Below the pieces are notes generated by a model. It did no database searches and was not told where the DNA came from. It saw only the letters and a list, made by a program, of their open reading frames with translations. From Hyaloraphidium curvatum SAG 235-1 (lineage: Eukaryota > Fungi > Monoblepharomycota): 64,000 bases of DNA. The stretch spans positions 310,001 through 374,000 of the forward strand of contig JAIVFI010000009.1 in the NCBI GenBank assembly GCA_025558095.1, given 5' to 3'. This document shows positions 26,786-37,012 of this stretch, piece by piece. A program made the translations under genes and the position numbers. Position 1 is the first letter of the stretch. Every line of letters starts with the position of its first letter.

Positions 26786-27672
26786 GCGGCAGTTCACCTC
26801 ATAGGCCGACAAGGTCGGCGACCCCGTGCGCGTCCCACTCTCCGCCCGGCCGCGCGCCGGCCCGCGCAGCGTCGCAGCAAGTACCGCCGCACGTGCCGGT
26901 GGGCGCGGCGGACGCGCTCGGCTGGGGACCTTGTGTGTGAGCGGCACCCCGGGCCTCGAGGGGCCCTGCGGTGTTCCTCGTGGAATGCCCCTCGCCGAGC
27001 TCGGCTGGCTCGGCGGCAACTTTGGCTACGCCGTTTTCTACGGGGATGCCGGGCCCATTGTTTCCTGGAGCTGTTTGTGGAGCCGGGCCGTGGACCTTCG
27101 CGGTGGCGGCGAGTCCGAGGCACTTCCTCGGCTTCGCATGCCTATTTGGAGGCAGGCGTCGCCGCATGCATCTCGCGAGGAACATATTCTCTAGGATTGC
27201 GCGGCTGGATCCGCCCTTGGAGGCCGCTGTACGGGGTTCGCTGCCGGTCCCCGCCGCGGCCCTGGATGTCGGCCCCCACGCTCTCCGCTGGGCGAGGACT
27301 GGCCAGGGAATCAGGGGTAGCAGACCTTCATGGTGCTGGCCAATGCCGTTGGCTAGAAGGATCGCGGCTCCGAGGTTCCTGGCGACAGCTGGGGCACTTT
27401 CGTTGTTTCGGACGCGTTGCTCCCTCACCCCTGGCCGTTACCTCCGACAAGCCAAGATTGGACCTTTGAGAAAGTTCGGCAATCAAAAGAAGCATTGCCC
27501 TCTTGTTTGCCAGAGGTCCTACAGGCCGCAACCCTGTTGCGTACGGGGGGACCCGCACGGGCGCGTATCAGCTTCTTTGCATCTGCCAGAACGCGGCTGC
27601 CGGGGTAACGGGGCCGGGATATGGGTATTTGAAGATGGATAATAGAACGAATTGCGTTCCGATGGACGCTTC

Positions 27673-28767
27673 CTACATGCCCGGCCCCTTCCACGCCGCC
27701 AGCACGCGCCCCGCGAACCTCTCCTTCCCCTCCCGCTCAGTCAGGTACTTGACGGCCTTTGCAACATTGCGAGCAAGCGAGGAGGCATCCAGGTACCCTC
27801 GCTGAACCCCTTTTGGCGCGATGATCAATGTCCTTTCCTCGCTCCCGTAGGACACCGAGCAAGAATGCCGGCGACGACCCATGACGCACTTCCTGAGGGT
27901 CTTGCTCCCCGTCAAGCTTGGTCAGGTAAGGCGCAAGAATCGCAGCTTGCTCGGCCTCGGGCTCGTGGATCACAAGCTCGGGCGGTGCGCGCTTCGTTCC
28001 GTGGTACTCCCGGCCGGCGAGCTCACCCGACTCCACCGCCTCGCGAACCTCTCCTCCAGGGAACCGAGCTCGGAAGCGGGTCCCAAAGGGTGAGAACCTG
28101 GACTGACCGATGTTGCGCGTTGATCTCTGCTTCGCCGAGTCGGCAGTACGTGCGGCAATCTTGTCGGGCGGAGGTGGGTGCCTTCGGGGTCAGAGACTGC
28201 GCTGACATCGCTGTCACCCTGCAGATGCACTCACAGAGGAGCGCTCAGTGTGCGCCGTTAGGGCTCCTAGTACGAGGAACATGTAGGCCATGTTGGAAGT
28301 TGGATTCAAGGGCCCGTGCACAAGTCCTTGAAACTCGACGCTGGCAAAGTTCTTGCCCATGCGATTCAGCTCCTCCACGTCCGCCAGGATGAAAGCAGCG
28401 TTCCTGCCGAGCCTATCAACCCGGGCAACGGCCAGGCCCACGATCGTTGCGTCGTGAGAGAGCCTCCTGAATGCTTCCTCAAGTCCGGGCCGCTGCTTCC
28501 TCCCGTCACCACGCGGGTAGGTGCCGCTGAGAACGTCGCTGTAGACAACTACTATCTTCCCTCTACTATCTCCCTCTTGTTGTCTGTCGCCCAGCGCCGC
28601 ACCAGTCCCTCCTGGTCCTGCAGCGAGATGTTGTTCACATTGTCGTCCTTCGACTTGCGCACGTATGCGATCCAGCGCCCATCCCTCGGCCGAGGATTCG
28701 CGAGGGCCACCAACGACTCCAGCGCCTCTTCGACTGCCTTCAGCGCCGGCTTTTCCCGGGCGGCCAT
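27673..28767 (-). pseudogene. serine recombinase, left copy, frameshifted; predicted intron 28160-28234
   Basis: Mirror of the right copy; 14-bp imperfect duplication at 28549-28562 and one extra base in the T run at 27811-27814 break the frame. Confidence 0.8.
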
Positions 28768-28987
28768 GACCGGCAGCCCCTCCAATGGCAAGTGATTCGT
28801 GCTCGGAGCGGAGTGGTCCCGACGTGACTTTTCCGCCGGCAGCTGCCCCGCGGAGAGTCCCACGGTTCCAGTGCCCCACGAGGCGATGGCGACGGCTCAG
28901 GAGAGCCGCGTTAAGGCCTCTAACTGGCCGTCACGAGGTCGCGAGTGAGAGACCTGCTCGGGTGACAGTCACACAAACTCGGCCAAT

Positions 28988-31290
28988 TCTCTCACTCGCG
29001 ACCTCGTGACGGCCAGTTAGAGGCCTTAACGCGGCTCTCCTGAGCCGTCGCCATCGCCTCGTGGGGCACTGGAACCGTGGGACTCTCCGCGGGGCAGCTG
29101 CCGGCGGAAAAGTCACGTCGGGACCACTCCGCTCCGAGCACGAATCACTTGCCATTGGAGGGGCTGCCGGTCATGGCCGCCCGGGAAAAGCCGGCGCTGA
29201 AGGCAGTCGAAGAGGCGCTGGAGTCGTTGGTGGCCCTCGCGAATCCTCGGCCGAGGGATGGGCGCTGGATCGCATACGTGCGCAAGTCGAAGGACGACAA
29301 TGTGAACAACATCTCGCTGCAGGACCAGGAGGGACTGGTGCGGCGCTGGGCGACAGACAACAAGAGGGAGATAGTAGCTGTCTACAGCGACGTTCTCAGC
29401 GGCACCTACCCGCGTGGTGACGGGAGGAAGCAGCGGCCCGGACTTGAGGAAGCATTCAGGAGGCTCTCTCACGACGCAACGATCGTGGGCCTGGCCGTTG
29501 CCCGGGTTGATAGGCTCGGCAGGAACGCTGCTTTCATCCTGGCGGACGTGGAGGAGCTGAATCGCATGGGCAAGAACTTTGCCAGCGTCGAGTTTCAAGG
29601 ACTTGTGCACGGGCCCTTGAATCCAACTTCCAACATGGCCTACATGTTCCTCGTACTAGGAGCCCTAACGGCGCACACTGAGCGCTCCTCTGTGAGTGCA
29701 TCTGCAGGGTGACAGCGATGTCAGCGCAGTCTCTGACCCCGAAGGCACCCACCTCCGCCCGACAAGATTGCCGCACGTACTGCCGACTCGGCGAAGCAGA
29801 GATCAACGCGCAACATCGGCCAGTCCAGGTCTTCCCCCTTCGGGACCCGCTTTCGAGCTCGGTTCCCTGGAGGAGAGGTTCGCGAGGCGGTGGAGTCGGG
29901 TGAGCTTGTCGGCCGGAGTACCACGGAACGAAGCGCGCACCGCTCGACCTTGTGATCCACGAGCCCGAGGCCGAGCAAGCTGCGATTCTTGCACCGTACC
30001 TGACCAAGCTTGACGGGGAGCCAGACCCTCAGGAAGTGCGTCACGGGCCGTCGCCGTCATTCTTGCTCGGTGTCCTGCGGGAGCGAGGAAAGGACATTGA
30101 TCATCGCGCCAAAGGGGTTCAACGAGGGTACCTGGATGCCTCCTCGCTTGCTCGCAATGTTGCAAAGGCCGTGAAGTACCTGACAGAGCGGGAGGGGAAG
30201 GAGAGGTTCGCGGGGCGCGTGCTGGCGGCGTGGAAGGGGTCGGGCATGTAGGAAGCGTCCAGCGGAACGCAATTCGTTCTATTCTCCATCTTCAAACACG
30301 ATATCCCGGCCCCGTTACCCCGACAGTCGCGTTCTGGCAGATGCAGAGAAGCTGATACGCGCATGGGCGGGTTCGCCGTATGCAACAGGGTTGAGGCCTG
30401 TGGGACCTCTGGCAAACAAGAGGGCAATGCTTCCTTTGATTGCCGAATTTTCTCAGTGGTCCAATCTTGGCTTATCGGAGGTAACAGCCAGGTGTGAAGG
30501 AGCAACGCTTCCGAATCAAAGAAAGTGCCCCAACTGTCGCCAGGAACCTCGGAGCCGCGATCCTTCTAGCCAACGGCATTGGCCAGCACCATGAAGGTCT
30601 GCTACCCCTGATTCCCTGGCCAGTCCTCGCCCAGCGGAGAGCGTGGGGGCCGACATCCAGGGCCGCGGCGGGGACCGGCAGCGAACCCCGTACAGCGGCC
30701 TCCAAGGGCGGATCCAGCCGCGCAATCCTAGAGAATATGTTCCTCACGAGATGCATGCGGCGCCGTCTGCCTCCAAATAGGCATGCGAAGCCGAGGAAGT
30801 GCCTCGGACTCGCAGCCGCCGCGAAGGTCCACGACCCGGCTCCACAAACAGCTCCAGGAAACAATGGGCCCGGCATCCCCGTAGAAAATGGCGTAGCCAA
30901 AGTTGTCGCTGAGCCAGCCGAGCTCGGCGAGGGGCATTCCACGAGGAACACCGCGGGGCCCTTCGAGACCCGGCAGGTGCCGCTCACACACAAGGTCCCC
31001 GGCCGAGCGCGTCCGCCGGGCCCACCGGCACGTGCGGCGGTACTTGCTGCGACGCTGCGCGGGCCGGCGCGCGGCCGGGCGGAGAGTGGGACGCGCACGG
31101 GGTCGCCGACCTTGCCGGCCTATGAGGTGAACTGCCGCGTGACTTTTCGGAGCTATACGGTATAGCTCTGGAAAGTCACCTCTGCCAGCCGGCAGTATAG
31201 TTTGGGAAAGTCACCCGAATTTTTGATAGGCGGGTTAGACACGCGCGTGGGGTGACTTGGGTGATCTAACGTGACATTTAAAACACACAT
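28988..31290. repeat. right arm of long inverted repeat
   Basis: Reverse complement of 26634-28952. Confidence 0.97.
29173..30251 (+). CDS. serine recombinase (resolvase/invertase-type catalytic domain plus C-terminal extension), right copy; predicted intron 29692-29766; one apparent 1-bp frameshift near 29915
   Basis: IAYVRKS (Ser39), SLQDQ, VYSDVLSG, RPGL, VARVDRLGRN; splicing GTGAGT...AAG gives ERSS|IAARTADSAKQRSTRNIGQSRSSPFG, then LVIHEPEAEQ. Confidence 0.85.
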
Positions 31291-31321
31291 GGCCGCGCGC
31301 GGCTGAGGACGAAGAATCGCA

Positions 31322-34148
31322 ATGGCCTCCGCGCTCAGTCGCGTTAGCGCGATTGCGATGGAGGCGTCGCGAGAGCTTCGTGCGGCTCGCGGAGCGCCGC
31401 GGCCGGGAGGGGAGGCGGCCGAGCTCCGCCAGCTGCTGGACTCTCGGTGGGCAACCCCGCCGACTGAGGGGTAGAACGCGCTCTGACGCGTCTTGCAGCT
31501 TCGAGGCCGAGAAGCTAGATGCTATGAAACGCCTGGTCAACGTGGGCACGTGGACGCCGCGCGTCGGCGACGTGGATCTGCTGACGCGTCTGGCTGGGGA
31601 ACGCGCTTCCAGCTCATGAGCCGGGGCCGCGATTGCGCCGAGTTCTTCCCGGCAGTGGTGAAGAACGTGGCTTCGCCATCGGCAGAGGTCCGTCGCCTCG
31701 TCAGGATCTTCATTCAGCGATACGCGGAGCGGGAGCCGGACATTGCGCTTCTCTCTGTCAACAGCTTCCAGGTGACCATTCGTGCCTGGGAAACTGTCCT
31801 GATCATTGGATAACAGTCGAGCAACGTGTTTTACAGAAAGACTTGACGGACAAGAACCCCACCATGAGGGCCACAGCTCTGCGCGCCATGTCTTCCATCA
31901 AAGGTTCGCCGAGGGACCGGGCGCAGCACAGTCCAGCCCTGAAACCGCCTTCATTGCAGTTCCCGTCATTGTCCCGATCGTCATGCTGGCCATCAAGAAG
32001 GCCCTCACGGACCTATCGCCGTACGTGCGAAAGGCAGCGGCCGCAGCCGTCGCCAAATGCCACGGGTTGGTGGTTCCGTGCCTGGGAACGAACATCCAAT
32101 AACGGGGTTTTCAGGCTCGACTCTAGCCAGGAGGAGTCTCTTGTTGAGCTACTGGTACAATGCCTCGGCGACCTGTCCCCAATTGTCGTCGGGACCGCTG
32201 TGGCATCCTTCAACTCCGTGTGCCCGGACAAGATGGAACTCCTGCACAAGCTTTACCGACGGTACTGCAAGATGCTGCTCGACGTGGACGAGTGGGGCCA
32301 ATTGGAAATGCTGGACGCCCTCCATCGCTACGGTGCGTTTCCTCTTGTCTGTGTCCGTCTACGTTCTCAGACCGTCATTTCAGTGCGGTCCAACTTCTCG
32401 GATCCCGCTGCCGCGGCGACGGAGGACGTCGACATCACCCTCCTGCTGAACTCCACCGCGGTCCTCTTTCTCTCCCGCAACCCCGCCGTCGTTCTCCGGG
32501 CGGTTGCTCTCTACACCGACCTCGCGCCTCAGGCAAAATGGACAAAGGTCGTTCCGCCACTCCTACGGCTGGCAAAAGCCGAACGGGAGCAGCAGTTCCT
32601 GGCTCTGCGCGCCATCCTCTCCCTCGCGTTCCGCGCCCCGGGCCTGTTTTCCGATCGCCTGCGCCATTTCGTCGTGTTCCCCCTGGAGAACCGGCCCGTG
32701 CGGGACCTGAAGCTGCGAATCATGGTCGCGGCGGCTTCCGAGGCCAACGTGGCGGACGTGTGGAGGGAGCTGCAAGCCTACATGAGGAGCCCTGAGAGGG
32801 AGCTTGTCCTCGCTGCCGTCAAAGCGGTCGGGGATCTGGCTGCGAAGCTGCCCGACATGGCCGAGATCTTTGCCAACGGGCTCATGGGGTTGATATCCAA
32901 GCGAAACGGTGGGTTGCGCCATTCGGACGTACCTTCGGCAGCTCATTCCGGGTTCGGTCCAGAGAGCCTGCTGCCGGACATTCTGCTCACCCTGCGCGTG
33001 CTACTCCAGCTCAAACCTTCGGCCCCGTCGATTGCGCGGCTCACGAAGCTTTTGGATCTTGTTTCTTCGCCCACCGCCAAGACCAGCATCCTGTGGCTGG
33101 TCGGTGAGTACTGCGCGCTCATCCCCGACGTCGCGCCCGACGTCGTACGACGGTGTGCGAAGGAGTTCAAGGAGCTGGAAGGCCTGGAGAACGTGGGGTT
33201 GAAGCTACAGATCTTGACGGCGGCGTGCAAAGTGTACGTCGAGCTCGCACGGCCAGAGGAAGGCGCGACGGCCGGGAAACGGCTGGAGGGTGCCGCGGCA
33301 GGGCGAATGGAGGCGATCCTCCGCTATCTGCTGGAGATGGCGCGGTTTGATATGGACTACGACGTGCGGGATCGTGCGAGATTCCTGCGCGCCTTGGTTT
33401 TGGAGGGCGAGGGAACGGAAGCTCTGCGTAGGGGGGCGCGGGACGTGCTGATCGGGAAGAAGAAGGTCGGCTCAAGAATCGACGCTGACGGTGAGTTCCG
33501 CATTTCAGGTTCCCACCGCCCAGCACTTACGTCGCCGGCCGTGCAGCACATTTGGACTTTCCGCTCTCGACCCTTTCCCACCTCCTAGGCCATGCCGTTC
33601 GGGGCTACCGGCCATTGCCGGACTGGTCGGCAAGTCCGACGGATCCCTCTGTACGCACCGTTGAGGGCGACGACCCATGGACGAGGACAATGGCGCCATC
33701 TCCGGTCGCGGACCGCACCAGCCGGATGGGAAGTCCCGTGCGGCCGTCGTCGGCTGTACGGAATACGCCGCCTCCCACCGTTAAGGTGAAGAAGAGGGTC
33801 GTGAACCTGGACAACTGGTTCGATGAGAGCGCATCTGACGACGATGCCGCGGAGGGAGCGGAGCAAGAGGGAAGCGGCGAGGAAAGCGGGGAAGATAACG
33901 ATGCCGGTGGGACGGGAGAGGAGGAAACTGAGGAAGAAAGCGGCGAGGAGAGCGGTGACGAAGCGTCGTCGGATGAGGACGACGCGGATGCCGCAAAGTC
34001 GCTGCGATCGCGACAGGATGCTGCCCAGGACGGCGCGGAACCGATCGCGAACCTGTCGGCCACCACGGCACGCGGTCCCGAGGAAACCGTGGACGATACG
34101 GACGAGGAGGACGAGGCAGTGCCGATACGGCAGGGGAGCAAATCATGA
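31322..34148 (+). CDS. APL6: AP-3 adaptor complex beta subunit
   Basis: [72 protein letters not shown]; acidic tail. Confidence 0.93.
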
Positions 34149-34194
34149 TGCCAATGCAGCTGCAGTTCCAGTGCCACCGAGTTCCTAGCTTCCG

Positions 34195-34706
34195 CTATCG
34201 CCTGGCCCCACGGATGACTGCACCCAGCAGTATCGCCCCCAGCGCCACCCCGCCGCCGACGAGCCCCAGCCCGATGAGTCCGTCCCGCTTGACGCGGTCG
34301 TCGATGAGCTCCCGCAAGCTCTGGGCCTGCATGTTCTTGGGCTCTGAGCGGAGGAGCTCGTCCACGTACTTGCGCGCCTCGCTGTAGTTGGCTGCCAACA
34401 AACGGGGGTCAGAGTTCAGAAGAAGATGGAGTTTGGCCATCGAGGCCCACCAAGCTTGAACTCTCCCAAGGCAAGATAATACAGCGCCTCCCGGGTCATC
34501 GAAGGCTCATCCTTGTACACTTGATACATCATCCTGACCCCGGACTCCTGGTCCTCCCTCCTCGAGGAGCGTATGAGACCCCAGGCGAAGGAGAACTTGG
34601 TCGAGGGCGACGGGTTCGGGAGCTCCTCTTCGAACTGCGCCCGCAACGTGCGGAGCTCCTCGGGGGACAGCGAGACCTCGGCTTCGATGGCGTAGGACGA
34701 CGACAT
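34195..34706 (-). CDS. FIS1: mitochondrial fission protein Fis1
   Basis: [26 protein letters not shown]|[26 protein letters not shown]-terminal TM helix. Confidence 0.95.
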
Positions 34707-34888
34707 GGCCAAGCGTTGCTTAGAGCGATGGCGCCGGGGGTGAAGTGAGTCGCTGGTGCTGGGCCCTGGCTTTGAGACACGCCAAATAGCCACGCCACGA
34801 TCAGCGACCTTGTCGATCTCTTGCTAATGCCTTCTTTCGTGGTATCATACAATTGAGGGTATCGCGGCTTCCTACTCCATCTTCCACC

Positions 34889-35585
34889 TCATGTTCGCGA
34901 CGGAGGCGACACCAAAATGACGCCGTCCCCGCGTACCTAAACAGTGCAGCGCCGTAAGTCACGGGCTCTCCAGTCATCGAAAGAGCTGGTACTCACAAAC
35001 AGCATCTCATGCTTTCGCTTCACGGTCTGTGGAGTGGGACCGGGATAAGCCGCCGAACAAACGCGAGGCCAACGATTCCGCGGGGACCCACCTTGAACGA
35101 CTGCTCCATCGTATCCTCGTTGACGTCCACCTGCAGGATCGTCTCCTCGACGTCGCCCAGCACCATGTTCAGATGTCTGGAACACAGAATATGCTGCTCA
35201 GCGTCCGATTCCTCCACAAGGTTCCCAAAGCACACCCACTGGTCATATGCCTAGTGATATGCCGTCCGAGTTTCGCAGAAAAGATAGTATCGAGCCACCA
35301 GATCGCCATCAGGGAGGGGGAAGGGAAAGAGACGAACACCGGTCACGTTCAGCGACCGAACGTGCCGAGACGCGCCGAATCGCGCCACGCACGTGCAGCG
35401 TCCCGCGCAGCTCCCGCTCGTTGCGCAGTTTGACCAGGATGCGCTCGTCCAGCGACAGTTTCACGAGGTCCAGCGGTTCTGGGGAGCGCGACGCGAAGGG
35501 CGCGACGACGCGTCAGCGGGCGCGAATCCCGACGGCGGGGGCAGCGCGCACCGGCGACGGCGGCCTGCGCGCGCGAATCGCCCAT
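34889..35585 (-). CDS. LSM3: U6 snRNA-associated Sm-like protein Lsm3 (many small exons)
   Basis: [45 protein letters not shown]|[11 protein letters not shown]; start approximate. Confidence 0.9.
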
Positions 35586-35674
35586 CGCGGCAGGCGGAGG
35601 GCGGGAAAGGCGGGGTGTGTGTGGAGTGCTTGACTGCACGGCCCCGCGACAACGCGACGCGGCCGATCCGGCCG

Positions 35675-35718
35675 CGCCTCCTCCACGCCTCCTCACCGCC
35701 TCCTCACCGCCTCCTCAC
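35675..35718. repeat. 11-bp tandem repeat (CGCCTCCTCAC) x4 in a divergent promoter
   Basis: cgcctcctcca cgcctcctcac cgcctcctcac cgcctcctcac. Confidence 0.8.
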
Positions 35719-35793
35719 GGCACGCGCGGCTCCAACGCGCTCCCACGTTGAGTGCGACCTGCTGTCTCGCCGTGTACCTTCCGCGGCACCGGA

Positions 35794-36595
35794 ATGGCGG
35801 AGGCGGAATTCGCGAGCGAGCTCGGAGCCGAGGAGGGCGCGGCAGCCGAAGCCGGCGGTTCCGGCTCCGGCGTTGGCTCCGGCGTGCTTGCCACTTCTAC
35901 TGCGCTGCTGTCGCACGCGCAACCGCTATGGACTTCCATAAAAACTGCGTTGGCGGAGTCCGAGAATCCGTACCTCACTGTCGGAGGCCTCATCTGCGCG
36001 ACCTTCTCCGTCGTCAATGCCGTCGCTGGAGAACTCTGGATACTCCAACCGCTCATGCGCGCGACGGCAAACGCCCTGCTGGACAGCGCGGAGGAGAAGG
36101 CCAATAACGGATCTTCTTCTTCGTCGGGCTCCATGTTCAGTCTGGGCCTGTCCTCGTCAAAGGGAGACAAGGCCCAGCCCGCGACGGCTGTCTCGGCCCG
36201 TCGCTCCGTGATACTGCTCGAGAGGAACGCCCGCACGATCCGAGTGGTGGGCTGACTCGGTTTCGCGCTCTCATTCCGATGCTGAATTGCTGCCTTTCCT
36301 GGTCTTCAAGGCGTATCACTGCTTCGGTGCCCTATTGGGTGGGATCGGCGGCGCTTTGATCGTCCTAGGTCGGCCTCCGGGGCAGGGATCGACGCGCGAC
36401 GCGAACAAGGAGAGGGATCTGCTGAAGGTGCTGACGGGGACGTTCACCACTTGCGCAATTATCGTCACCTTTCTAGGGACCGGGCACGGGAGCACGTTCA
36501 AGGCGCCGGCGTTTCCAACGCTTGGACCGCTGGCCGTGCTCATGGCACTGGGCCTCGCTCGGTTCGATCGCAAGGCACACGCGGTAACCGATTGA
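35794..36595 (+). CDS. hypothetical multi-pass membrane protein (2 exons)
   Basis: About four hydrophobic segments across two ORFs joined by a probable intron near 36247-36310. Confidence 0.55.
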
Positions 36596-37012
36596 GGATG
36601 GTTTGAGAGTGCCGGTAGAGCGCATGCGATCGGCGGCAGGCGGAAGCCGCGGCAGTAAAGGAAAGATTGTGTTCGAGGCTGAATCGAGATTGCAGTAAGA
36701 GAAGAGGGAGGCAGGGTTGTTGACTCGATCGGGCCGTCCAAAATCCCGAGCGGGACTTGGCGCGTCGTTGTCCCTCGCCTGGCCCTCCGACGCGTCTCTT
36801 GCTCTCGCGAACTGTTAATCGCGTTAGGCGCTTTGCGGCTTGTGGGCCCGTAGTCCGTGGAGCTCGGTCTCCCGCATTGGCCCCCCGTCACTTGCACCAC
36901 GCCGCGGCCTCCCTTCGCCGGACCTACGGCGCGTCTGTTCCGCTCGCGGGGTGATCGATCGCATCGGTGGCCTTGCCACTAAGCCAGGACAGTGCTCCGC
37001 GGGCGCCTCGTC

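Larger units (their letters stand above)
26634..28952. repeat. left arm of long inverted repeat
   Basis: Reverse complement of 28988-31290; mirrored ORFs in the ORF track. Confidence 0.97.
26634..31290. mobile_element. 4.66-kb palindromic (foldback) element encoding two divergent serine recombinase genes
   Basis: Left arm 26634-28952 is the reverse complement of right arm 28988-31290; termini ATGTGTGTTTTAAATGTCAC...GTGACATTTAAAACACACAT; sits between two divergent host genes. Confidence 0.85.

Noticed and set aside
29173-29712. Bacterial contamination or a simple unspliced resolvase
   Set aside because: It is embedded between intron-rich eukaryotic genes, and recombinase homology continues only after removal of a GT-AG intron.
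30230-30350. NAIRSILHLQTRYPG as the IL.NP.Y.G motif extending the recombinase
   Set aside because: It is in a different frame with no evident splice route, the spacing is off, and the frame differs between arms; it may be chance.
30252-31165. TnpB/Fanzor nuclease or DDE transposase in the outer arms
   Set aside because: No RuvC or DDE motifs are recognisable, and the ORFs are not frame-conserved between arms.
26634-31290. Palindrome as an assembly or amplification fold-back artefact
   Set aside because: The arms differ by many substitutions biased to synonymous sites and by a 14-bp insertion. There is a unique spacer, and unique host genes resume on both sides. Spanning reads would still be the decisive test.
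35675-35718. CRISPR-like or telomeric array
   Set aside because: It is a simple 11-bp tandem repeat without spacers in a promoter region.
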